DNA from: Sphyrna mokarran
Lineage: Eukaryota
Length of the DNA stretch: 64,000 bases
NCBI GenBank assembly: GCA_024679065.1
Contig: JAGIQG010000005.1
Span: forward strand, 63,116,001 to 63,180,000
Reading direction: 5' to 3'
The notes under the pieces were generated by a model, which saw only the letters and a list, made by a program, of their open reading frames with translations, ran no database searches and had not been told where the DNA came from. A program made the position numbers and the translations under genes. This document shows, in pieces, positions 53,853 through 64,000 of this stretch (positions are counted from its first letter, which is position 1; every line of letters starts with the position of its first letter).

Positions 53853-54190
53853 GGAGAGGCAATGGACTTGTGGTACTAATGCTAGACTATAAATCCAGCA
53901 ATGGGGACCTGGGTTTGAATCCCACCATGGCATGGTGAAATTTGAATTCAGTTTAAAAAAAAATGTGGAATAAAAGTCTACCGATGACCATGAAGTCATT
54001 TTTGATTGTTGAAAAAATCCATCTGCTCAGTCATGCCCTTGAGGGAAGGAAATCTGCTGTCCTTACCTAATCTGGCCTACATGTGACTCCAGAGTCACAG
54101 CAATGTGGTTAACTTTCAGATGGCTTAACAAGCCACTCTGTTCAAGAGCAATAGATGTCGGCAAGCCAACAATGCCCATGTCCCACAAAT
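53853..54190 (+). mobile_element. tRNA-derived SINE with CR1-like tail (AmnSINE2-like body)
   Basis: B box gggtttgaatccc; core gagggaaggaaatctgctgtccttacc...gtgactccag. Confidence 0.7.
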
Positions 54191-55389
54191 TAATAACAGA
54201 AAGTATTTTAACACCCGGGCTTTCTGTGTGTGAATGTGATTGCCTGTTGATATTGCTGCTGCAGCATCTCTGGAAGACTCCTTGAGTTATCAGGAAAGGG
54301 GAAAACTAGACCATGGAGACAGCTAGATCTTTGTCAGCAGCTTTCTTTGTGGTTGGTGGCAAATGCCGTTGCTTTTTTCCTGCACTTAAAGTTCTGGCCC
54401 ATTTGGTCACCAATTAAATTTCTAAGCAAGCAAGGGAATCACTGCATTAATGGAGATATTTATTTTATATTTAAAACTAGCTGTGCATCAAATTCATAAG
54501 CTATATTAGCTTGTTATAAGTGTTTTTTTAAATTCTTTTGACAGGATGTGGGCATCACTGGCTAGGCCAGCATTTATTACCCATCCTTAGTTGTCCTTTT
54601 TTCCAGCAAGAATATAGGCTCAATAAAGTGGACATTAGCTCAGATACTGAACAGCTGGTTATTGATTGTAATTCCTTAAATATTGAATTTACTTTACAAT
54701 TGTAGGGGAATGAAGGAAGAAAATAACTCCTGAATGCCTGAGCTGTAGGGTCTGAGCTTGAGTTGGACAGCCTCAATTCTTAGTAATTTATCGCTAAGTT
54801 TTTCCACTAATGGTCTAAGTTCAGAATTAAATACATTAATGCAATAAAAACCTGTTTATGTTTGTAAAAATGGTCATTCAACTAATCTTCCCCTATCATA
54901 CAAAATGGCTTTCATCTTGCAGTTTTTTTTTAACATTCTCTGACCATGGATTGAAGTTTAGAAATTAAAGCCCCCAAGATTCATAATTAGTCAAGCTGTA
55001 CCCACTGGAATGATCCCAGCAATGATGGATGTGTGCACATGAGGCATATAATGGGTATATATCCTACTGAGAAGGCAGAAGCTGGAGATTACTGGGTACA
55101 TTTAGCTCCTGGACTGCAACGTGCTTCAAGAATAACTTGATCATGTTGACCTAGTTTAGTAATTTTGTGATAATGCCTGTAAGTTAGCAATCAGTTACAT
55201 GTATTTTATAGTTGAATCAATTGTTAGCATGATTCAATGTAATTGTCAGTTCTCTACTAGGCTGGATTGAAAAAGAACTATGATTTCAGGCTTTCCTTCT
55301 TTCATTGTAAATAATTCAAAAATAGAACTTAGGTTGTGAAAATTCATCATTTACAGGCAGGGTACCTGTATAAGTAATGTTGCATTAGT

Positions 55390-55990
55390 TAAAAACAACA
55401 ACTTGTTTCTGTATAGCAATTTTAACATTATAAAACATTTTGGGGCAGGGGGACACAATGGTATCATGGTCACCTGGTGCTCTAGTTTCCTCCCACATTC
55501 CAAAATTGATTGGCCATGCTAAATTGCCTCTCAATGTAAAGGGATTAACAGTGTAAATACTTGGGGTTACAAGGATAAATCTGGGTGGGGCTGTTGGCAA
55601 TGCAGGCTCGATGGGCCTAATGGCCTCTCTCTACACTGTAAGGATTCTATGAAAACATCTCACGGCAGCTTTATAAAGCAACATTTGACAATGACCCATG
55701 TAAGATGCTGTAAGGCTGATGATCGTAAGCTTGGTCAAAGAAGTCGTTTTTAAGGAAGGTTGTAAAGAAGGCAAAATTGTTGACAGGTTTAGGAATGGAA
55801 TTCCAGAGCCTAGAGCTTAGGCTGCTGATGACACAATTCCCAATAGTAGAACAATTAAAGCGGGGGATGATGCTATTGAAACCAGAATTTAGATCATCTT
55901 GAAGGGCTATGGTACTGGAGAAGATTACAGAGAAGGGGAGGAATGAGGCCAAACAGGATTTGAAAACAAAGATGAGAATTTTAAAATTGA
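55390..55990 (-). mobile_element. L2 LINE 3' fragment interrupted by a deleted HE1 SINE (55446-55652, +)
   Basis: ORF 55671-56087 FKILIFVFKS...STIGNCVISSLSSRLWNSIPKP...LKNDFFDQAY. Confidence 0.8.
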
Positions 55991-58049
55991 GGGAGTATTT
56001 ATCGCCCATCCCTAATTGCCCCTGAGAAGATGTTGGTGAACTACCTTCTTGAATCATTGCAGTCCATGTGCTTGGGTTGACCCACAATGCTGTTAGGGAG
56101 GGAATTCCAGGATTTTGACCCGGCGACTGCGAAGGAACAGCGATATATTTCCATGTCAGGATGGTGAGTGGCTTGGAGGGGAACTTGCAGTTAGTGGAGT
56201 TCCCATGTATCTGCTATGTTTGTTCTTCTGGATGGGAGTGGTCATGGCTTTGAAAGGGGGTGTCAAAAGATCTCTGGTGAATTGCTGCAGTGCATCTTGT
56301 AAATAGTACACATAGTATAAGGCATGAAGCTTTAAAAGCATTTCCCTTTTTTCAGCAATACTCCAGTTTTGTACTATCAAGCAATGATTTGTATGTACAT
56401 TTAATCATATCTGCCATCTCCTGGCCATAATAGGGTAATTCCAACTGTTAATTTTAGAAAATGAATGCTTTACTGTTTTGCATGAGCTGACTTTTTGCTA
56501 GATTTATTGTTGGAAGAAATTACATATTTCCTTTACTTATTTAACAGGTTCAAACATTTCTGGATTTGATAGCACTGTTTCTCATTATTTGGAGTTCTAT
56601 TTGATAAGATTTGCTTGCCAATCATTTAAAATTGCAAGGGTCTGCCTAAAATCCTTTCTCAGGTGGAGAATTTTAATTAATAACTGTTCTTTGCTTCCTT
56701 TGGCCATTCATTTACTATGCTGTTCCTTTGCTATTGATCTGCTCAACTAGTCCTCCTTAACCTTGATATTCTTTGTCTGCAATAAATCCCTTTGTCACAC
56801 CCTGTTCATTAACCATGGCATGCTCAATTTTCCCTCAATCCAAGACAATGGACACCATTCTGACTGTTGGCCTCAACTCCTCACCAACATTATCATATCT
56901 CCCTGTACTAGCTCCACAACAACCCACCTCCTACGGCAACTTGCATTGCAAAGCATTGTCATCAGTAGTCTGTCATTATGATTTTTTCCCCATAGGCTTT
57001 TAAACCTGGCACTGGTCAGCCTGCCAAACTGTCTGCTTGCTGAGTAGGAAACAGTGCAAAAATTATAATCTTGCTGTAAAATTCAGCAGGATCTCTGAAT
57101 TCCTGATATTTTCAAGTACTTCACCAACCCACCATTGACAACCCCCCCATGCAAATCCTCCTCTCCCCCCCCCCGCCCCCCCACCTCCCACCTCCCCCAT
57201 GATATCCAACTCTGACTCTCCATTACCTTTCTCATTACTTGCACTATCTCTGGGTTGGTAGCCTGTTTTTCGAGCTTTCTCCCATTAAACATGGTCTTCA
57301 GCTGCCTCCCAATAAACACCATTGTTCCTTGAGCAATTCAATTCCCCTCTCCAGTCACTGTCTTAGGTTGAAAGTGAGTGTGTGCAACCTTAGCTAGCTG
57401 TGTTTCAATCTGCACCCAATTCCAGTTCATCCATTAGCTATGTATGTAATTATCTACATTGGTTTCTGATTTAAAGTTCTTATTCTCATGTTCATACCCT
57501 ATCCATGGACTCACTCCTCTTTATCCCAGTAAATTCCTCCAGTCCTACAATCCTCTGATATCTGTGTCCATCAGCTCTGATCAAACATTGATCCACTGTT
57601 GATGGTTGTGCCTTCGGCTGATAGGTCTTGGGCTGTGGAGTTCTCTACCTCTATTTTCTCTCATAAGAATGGGCACTAACCAGTTAGCCCCTAAAGCCTA
57701 TTTGGCCACTGATTGAGATCATGGATGATCTGCAACCTAATGGCATATTATTATCTTTGTACCATATCTCTTAATATCCCTGAAAAACTAAAATTCAGAA
57801 TCAACATTTATAATTGATCAAATTTAAATTGCTACTTGGGAGAAGAGTTCCAAACCTCTGCCATCCTTCTCATAAGGAAATGTTTTCTAATGCCTTCTGA
57901 AAGGACTGACACCAAGACTTGGATTTTTGCAGTTGGAAAAACTAAGCAGGTCTTTAAAAAAGAGGTGCTAGGCTCAGTTGTCAACTCTGTCAATTGAGAT
58001 TTGTATTGGGTTATTAGAATTTTATTTCATCTTTACATGGCTCCTGAGG

Positions 58050-58240
58050 GTTACCCGAGATGTGTACTGAATGAGAATTGAAGCTCCGAGTAAAGCATTT
58101 GTTTTAGGAGCTTCGCGTCAGGGATACTGATGTGGCCTGTCCAGCAGAGCTGATTGTACATGGTCAGTGCTTTGATGCCTGGAATTTCAGTCTGAGTGAG
58201 AACATAGACTTTGATGCACCTATCAACCAATGGATTGGCA
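58050..58240 (-). mobile_element. RTE LINE fragment
   Basis: VLTQTEIPGIKALTMYNQLCWTGH...LLKQMLYSEL. Confidence 0.7.
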
Positions 58241-59254
58241 GAATCTTGCACAGGCTGCGCTGGTTGTACTTTTTCAGGGTTTAGATGCACTTGCAGTGCC
58301 TAATCTATATCATGTCTATTATCTGCCTTCAGTTCCAGGGGTTTTGATTTTTAGCTAACAGTCTCTCAAGAGGAAGTTTCTCAAATACTTTAAGGAAGTC
58401 CATATAAAGAAATCCCATAGACATTCCCCTGTCCACCATGTGAATCATCTGTTCAAAAAAAAAATCCACTTGGTCACGCATGACCTAACCTTTTACAAAT
58501 TCTCGCTGGCTCTCTCTAATTTCTCTTTTTTTTACTTGAAACCTACCTATTTGACCTAGATTTTATTCATCTTACTTGGCTGGGCGCCAGTTTTTTTGTC
58601 TGATTATACTTGTGAGGTGCCTTGGGATTTTTCTTTCTATGTTAAATGTGCAAAATAAATGCAAGCTTTTTTAATGCAAGTTAATTATTTGTTTAGCATC
58701 ATCAGTAATTAGACACTCTAGTTAATTTTTGATGTGGAAGCTTGTCAAAAGGTTTATCAAATTCCAAAACAATAGAGTACAACTTACCCCATATAAATTT
58801 ACAGCATGTTCAATTAAAAAAGAGCAATATCTTCTGGAAGTAGAGTTGGGTAAATAAAATTATTTTTCTTTGTCGAAATTAATTCCTTCTTAATTCCTTT
58901 CCACTTATTTATGCACTTATTACACTATACTTGTATATATTTTCCCTTTTTAGAAAATATTTAGAATTGCAATTGTCTAGACTGTATGGTCTAGATAGTC
59001 ATTTGATGTAACCATATTTTTTCATGACAGGTCAATGGTTTTGAAATAATTTTAATTGCATTAAACTGTAGATCATGTATATCTATTAGTTGCAGCAACA
59101 AGGCAAATAATCAAGGCTAAAGAATTTTCTATCTAGACAGTATTCATTACTGATACCAGAGGGCAATTGATCTTTGAGCTAAGCAGTGATTGGCAGTAAT
59201 ATGGGGGCTATCCTACAGTCTAACTTGACAACTTTTCTCATTTTGAAGGGGGTC

Positions 59255-59690
59255 AAGGTATTCAGACAAAACTCCTACAAAATGAACTTTGATGGACTGT
59301 ACATTGTGTCCAGATGGCTGAAAACTGTTGGTCTTCACTGCTCTCAAATGGTCAACGTTCAGGCGAGAACAAAGACAATACTTCCAGGATGCTTTGAAAC
59401 TCTTCTCAAAAAGCAACAGCATTAACATCAAAGACTGGGAGAAGCTTGCTAATGATTGTTCAGAACGTCAACATATCGTCCATCAGATTGCTTCATGCTT
59501 TGAGTCGCAACATCTTAAAGATGAAGCAGAGTGGTGGCCGAAATGGGGAGAAAAAAGGAAGCAAATCATGCACTTTAGGTGCACTACACTGAGACGTCCT
59601 GCCCCATGTGCCCAAAGATTGGCCTGTTTAGTCGTATGAAGATTCATGGCAGAGACTCTCAATCAGGAAAAGACATCATCCAAGACATTG
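59255..59690 (+). mobile_element. RTE LINE 3' fragment
   Basis: QRQYFQDALK...INIKDWEKLANDCSE... followed by CPMCPKIGLFSRMKIH. Confidence 0.7.
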
Positions 59691-59694
59691 GTGG

Positions 59695-60000
59695 GTAGTG
59701 AGGCACAGTGGTTAGCACTGTTGCCTCGTAGCTCCAGGGACCCGTGTTCAATTCTAGCCTCGCGTCACTGTCTGCACCTTCTCCCTATGTCTATGTGGGT
59801 TTCCTCCTGGTGCTCCAGTATCCTTCCAAAGTCTAAAGGTGTGCAGGTTAGGTTGATTGGCCATACTAAATTGACCCTTATTGTCAGGGGGATTAGCAGG
59901 GTAAATACATGGGATTATGGGGATCGGGGCCTTGATGAGATTTTTGTTGGTGCAGGCTCGATGGGTCAAATGGTCTCCTTCTGCTCGATAGGGATTTGAT
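59695..60000 (+). mobile_element. HE1 SINE
   Basis: ggcacagtggttagcactg head, V-domain, ggctcgatgggtcaaatggtctccttctg tail. Confidence 0.88.
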
Positions 60001-63000
60001 CATTCTATGACATTGAAGGGACAGCCAACTGTGACAAATCACAGGAATCTCATTGATCATGATAGTACTATTTTCAAAAGATAATTCATGCATTTTTGAT
60101 GATCACCCGCTGGTTTGCTTGTATTTCACCTAGCTTAAATGTTAAAACTAACTATTTATACTTCTAAGAATATCCCAAATCCTTTTTTCAAACAATCAAA
60201 TTTTGAGCCACTGTTCAATTTTTAGGGCTCTTCCCAGAGTTTAGTGACTCGCAATATGTCAGCCAATCTTGCTTCGATTCATGATCTGATGATAAAGAAA
60301 ACTTTGTCTCCTTCAAGGACATCCAACTTTAATAATAGTCTTTGTTATCATCTGTTGACACTTCTCTTCTGTTTAGCTTTTTCTCTGTGGTTCCTGGAAA
60401 CCTAGAACTTGAAATATGACAGCACAAACTAGTTAGTTAGCCAAAAAAGTAGGTGTGGAAAGATCTAACATGGCATGCAATAAAAAAAATTCTTTTTGTC
60501 TCAATCGTAAATGGTTAATTCCTAATTCTGAGACCTTGGGCGGAGTCTTGTGGTGGCGATGGGAACCTTGGCTACCAGATAGAGCGCCAACTAGACCCCA
60601 ACATCCACTCATTTTGGGAAGATCTGCTGTGTCACTTAGTTTCTAGACAGGACAGCAGCAGCCTCCACCTGTCCCACTCCCTCCCCCCTCCTCCTCTTCC
60701 TCCTCCTCCTGAGATCAGCAATCCCAGGCACAGTAACCCTTCCCATTTAGAGTTGTCAACCAATCAGAGACCAGCAGCTTTTCTGCAACTAGCCATACTG
60801 CTGGGGAGGCAGTCGCAACTGCTCGTACTGCACCAACCTCCAGATCCCAGATCGAGAAAGCACCCAGGCAAAAGTATGTGATGATAGGAGGTGGTTTGCA
60901 GGGGAGGAGTGCAGGGATTGGTAGCAAAAGCAGTGTCTTCAGTGGCACACCTAACATGGTGAGGCTTTCTGTTAGCAGCTTGATTAATACCAGCTGCAGC
61001 CATCTGAGACTTATGAGTGGCCATTAATAGGCAGGAAGGTGGTTTATGGGCCTTATTCCTGTCTTTGACATAATCAGATGGATGCAGGAAGGCAGCAGGG
61101 TCCCCATCAACCACCTCTCTACCTGATAACATGCCCACTTACCACCAAACTAACCGTGGAACAAGGCACAAGATCCTGTCCCTTGATCCTATGTCCTAGC
61201 AGCCAGGGGAATAATTTTGGCAGCATCTTCTCTGTAAAACCTCTTAAAAATATATGTTTCAAGATCTTTTAGGAACTTGTCCTGAACACTCCTCTTTTTA
61301 ACCAAAAGCATGTATGCACACACATGTATGGGTGAAGGGATATAGTCAAAAGGCATGCATAGTCAATCAGCCTAACCTGCACATCTTTGGATTATGGGAG
61401 CAAACTGGAGCTTCCAGAAGAAACCCACACACACGTGGGGAGAATATGCAACCTCCACACACTCTACAAGAATGCTGCTTCCAGCAAGTACGTGCACAGG
61501 TACTTTACCTTGTGCATGTAACAGCCTTACTTAGGTTTAGCTGCCAGGTTTCCCAAGGCCATCCATGGTGGAATTCAAAATTATGAATTAACATGTGACT
61601 CGTCATCTCATTATAACGTCTGAAATACCTACCCAGCTCCTTAGACTGGATTTACTGGCTGCAGCACTCCTACCCCATCCCTATTAAAACTGGGAGAGAA
61701 TGCACTGAGATCAGGATTCTTCCTCTTCCACTGAACCCAAATCTAGACGTTTTTCAGGGTTAAAACTTCCACTTCAATATTTCTCTGTCACTGTTTTTCT
61801 CAAATCTTCATGAATGTTTGAATGGTACGATAACTGGGTATCTTTTGTTTTGACTTACTTTTCCATTCCAGGGTCGTTGCTAACGCTAGACTCAGAATTA
61901 TTTGTGTCATGTCGCCTTGTGCTATATGAAGGAAGGAAGCAATCTGAAAACATTTCTTAAAAACTTGCTACTCTTATTGAAAAATAAAATACTGTGAATG
62001 CTGGAAGTACAAATTCAAAACAGAAAATGCTGTTTTCTCTCTCCACAGATAGCACCTGTGGAGAGAGAAACAGAGTTATGTTTTGAGTCTGTAAGATCCT
62101 TCTGTTTTTCTCTCTGTACAGATGCTGCCAGACCTGCTCCTCTCTTTGGCTTGTAGTTTTCATTCTCTCTTTAATCAATACTGTGGAGGAGGTGGACAGA
62201 GAAAATGATTAATTGATTGTTGGGAATTTACAAAGAAAGAAAATGTTCACTTCTTCAACCTGCCTTGCACTCAAGGTTACTTCCACAAATTGGCTCTATT
62301 TATGTCCTTTTGCTGTCATCCACTTGAGTGTTAGGCCTGAAAAGGAATGAGATCTACAGAATATTTAAGAAAGGAGGACTTTTCTCTCCCTTGTATACGG
62401 ATGCCTTCCACAAGTTCTCTGAAACTTGGTACTATTTCAATCTCTTTCATTTCTCTAAAGTTGCCACATATAGTGCAATATTGTGAGATGCAAGCAGTTG
62501 ACTTCAGTTTTTGTAGTATAAGGGTTTGATACATGTAGATTAATGTGGGACTGAGTACATTACCACCCTCACACTGATGTAAAAGGACACAAAACTTGCA
62601 TGGTTCTAATGTTGCACAGCACGAGCAAGCTTGGAAACAGCTCCCAGTTTGTACTTTTAACTGTGGCTTTTGTAGTTAATAAGTACGAACAATTAATCTA
62701 CTTACGACAACGAAGATTTCATTAAGTCCACTGAACAGTATCCGATACTCTACGACATGGTAGCAGTTTTTGAAAATATCCAGAACCTCAAGAGAAACTG
62801 GAGCATAAATTTAAAAGCTGGAAAATTCAAGGAGCTGCATTTTAACCTGTCTGAAAACATCTGAAGTGAAGACACAGAGGGAGATAGACTGAAAGAATCC
62901 CCATGGCAAATTTGGAATCAGAGGGCAGAAGTAAAAAGGCTTTACTCATCGTTAAGACTTACTGAATGGTATTTAACACTTACAACAGTGTGTTACTAAC

Positions 63001-63129
63001 TTAATGGGATAGAAATTGGTATGCGTTATTGGCATATAACGGCATAAAGTCAGAGCAAATTAGCAGTTGAGTGCCTATGTCCAATCTACATTGGCATTGG
63101 TGCCACTACTAAACTTTTCATTCTAGGCA

Positions 63130-63352
63130 GCAGCCTTGGGTGACAGTCTGTGTGGAGTTTGCGTATAGTCCCAACGTCTGCATGGATTTTCTCCCACAGT
63201 ACAAAGATGTGCAAGTTAGGTGGATTAGCCATGGTAAGTGTGCATGATTACAGGGAGAAGTTGGACTGAAGGGCCTGGATTGAATTGCTCTTTTAGAGCA
63301 TTGGTGCAGACTTGATAAACTGAATGGCCTTTTTCTGCACTGTAGGGATTCC
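63130..63352 (+). mobile_element. HE1 SINE, 5'-truncated
   Basis: V-domain and ctgcactgtagggattcc tail. Confidence 0.75.
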
Positions 63353-63629
63353 AGGTTAAAACAATGTCAGGATGTTTGAGGTCATCAGTTAAGGTTCTAA
63401 AGGATTTCTGTACTTTAGATATCAATGAGCACGACAGTCCCTGCATTTTTCAGTATGTCCTGCAGCTGACAGAAAGCTTGAACTGAATTTTTCCTATTGG
63501 GTCAGCTGCCTGTAGAGATGTAACAAATACTGATTGCTCATGTCAAATACATTGACCAACTATTTTTTCTGATCGCTTGAGAAAAGCCCAAGGAGGAAGC
63601 CTTTAAGAGAATGAAATGTTTCAGAAGAG

Positions 63630-63880
63630 TGAAAAGAGTTTGCTCTTTACGGGAATCACGACATCATACAAGAAAGTCACCACGACATTCAATAGGAAAT
63701 TCAGAAGAAACTCCTTCACCCAAAAAGTGGTGAGAATGTGGAACTTACCACCATAGGGAGCACTTGAAGTGAATGGTATCAATGCATTTAAGCAGAAGTG
63801 AGGTGTCAGATTTAGAGGCAAAAATGGGAAAAGGCTCGAGTGCAGCATAAAGGCCATTGGCCCAACCAGCATGTTTATGT
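63630..63880 (+). mobile_element. CR1 LINE 3' fragment
   Basis: EFRRNSFTQKVVRMWNLPP motif. Confidence 0.75.
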
Positions 63881-64000
63881 GTTATGTATTGTATACAATC
63901 CTATATAATCATCGTACTTTTTGCTTTGGCCACCAGTAAGCCAAAAACTCAAACTAACATTGCAAGGGAAATCTCCCCCCTCCCCCACCAAATCTGTGGC

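Noticed and set aside
61840-61930. Strong acceptor-like site (ttttccattccag|) as the next SYTL exon
   Set aside because: The phase-2 reading stops after 18 codons (VVANARLRIICVMSPCAI*) with no Slp motif.
3808-63352. tRNA-like heads of HE1/V-SINEs as tRNA genes
   Set aside because: They continue into the SINE V-domain and LINE-derived tails and have no full cloverleaf or terminator, unlike the pair at 42958-43142.
1-64000. Prokaryotic features (CRISPR array, operons) and the remaining short ORFs in the track
   Set aside because: The sequence is eukaryotic with no regularly spaced repeats. The other ORFs are antisense or alternate frames of repeats, or chance frames.

Overview
Vertebrate genomic DNA, almost certainly from a shark (HE1/V-SINEs, HER1/CR1, L2, RTE, Rex1, Tx1 and Penelope remnants throughout). 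The only host coding sequence I can support is one + strand exon (1478-1889, ATG at 1774) encoding the N-terminal Rab27-binding domain of a synaptotagmin-like protein (closest to SYTL1/2). The rest of the window appears to be its repeat-filled intron. Two large decayed LTR elements lie on the - strand. One is a Ty3/Gypsy (10902-15878) with an intact GTGAC target-site duplication. The other is an endogenous retrovirus (41468-48797, gag-pro-pol-env) with two unusual features: (1) two head-to-head tRNA-Leu(AAG)-like genes forming a ~200-bp palindrome between pol and env, and (2) ~165-bp terminal repeats (R-U5-like, TG...CA) in inverted rather than direct orientation. Also noted: a minimal hammerhead ribozyme in a Penelope-type insert, a locally templated ~0.7-kb insertion, and a pre-miRNA-like intronic hairpin. 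Family assignments come from motif recognition by eye, with no database search, and repeat boundaries are approximate unless a TSD is quoted.
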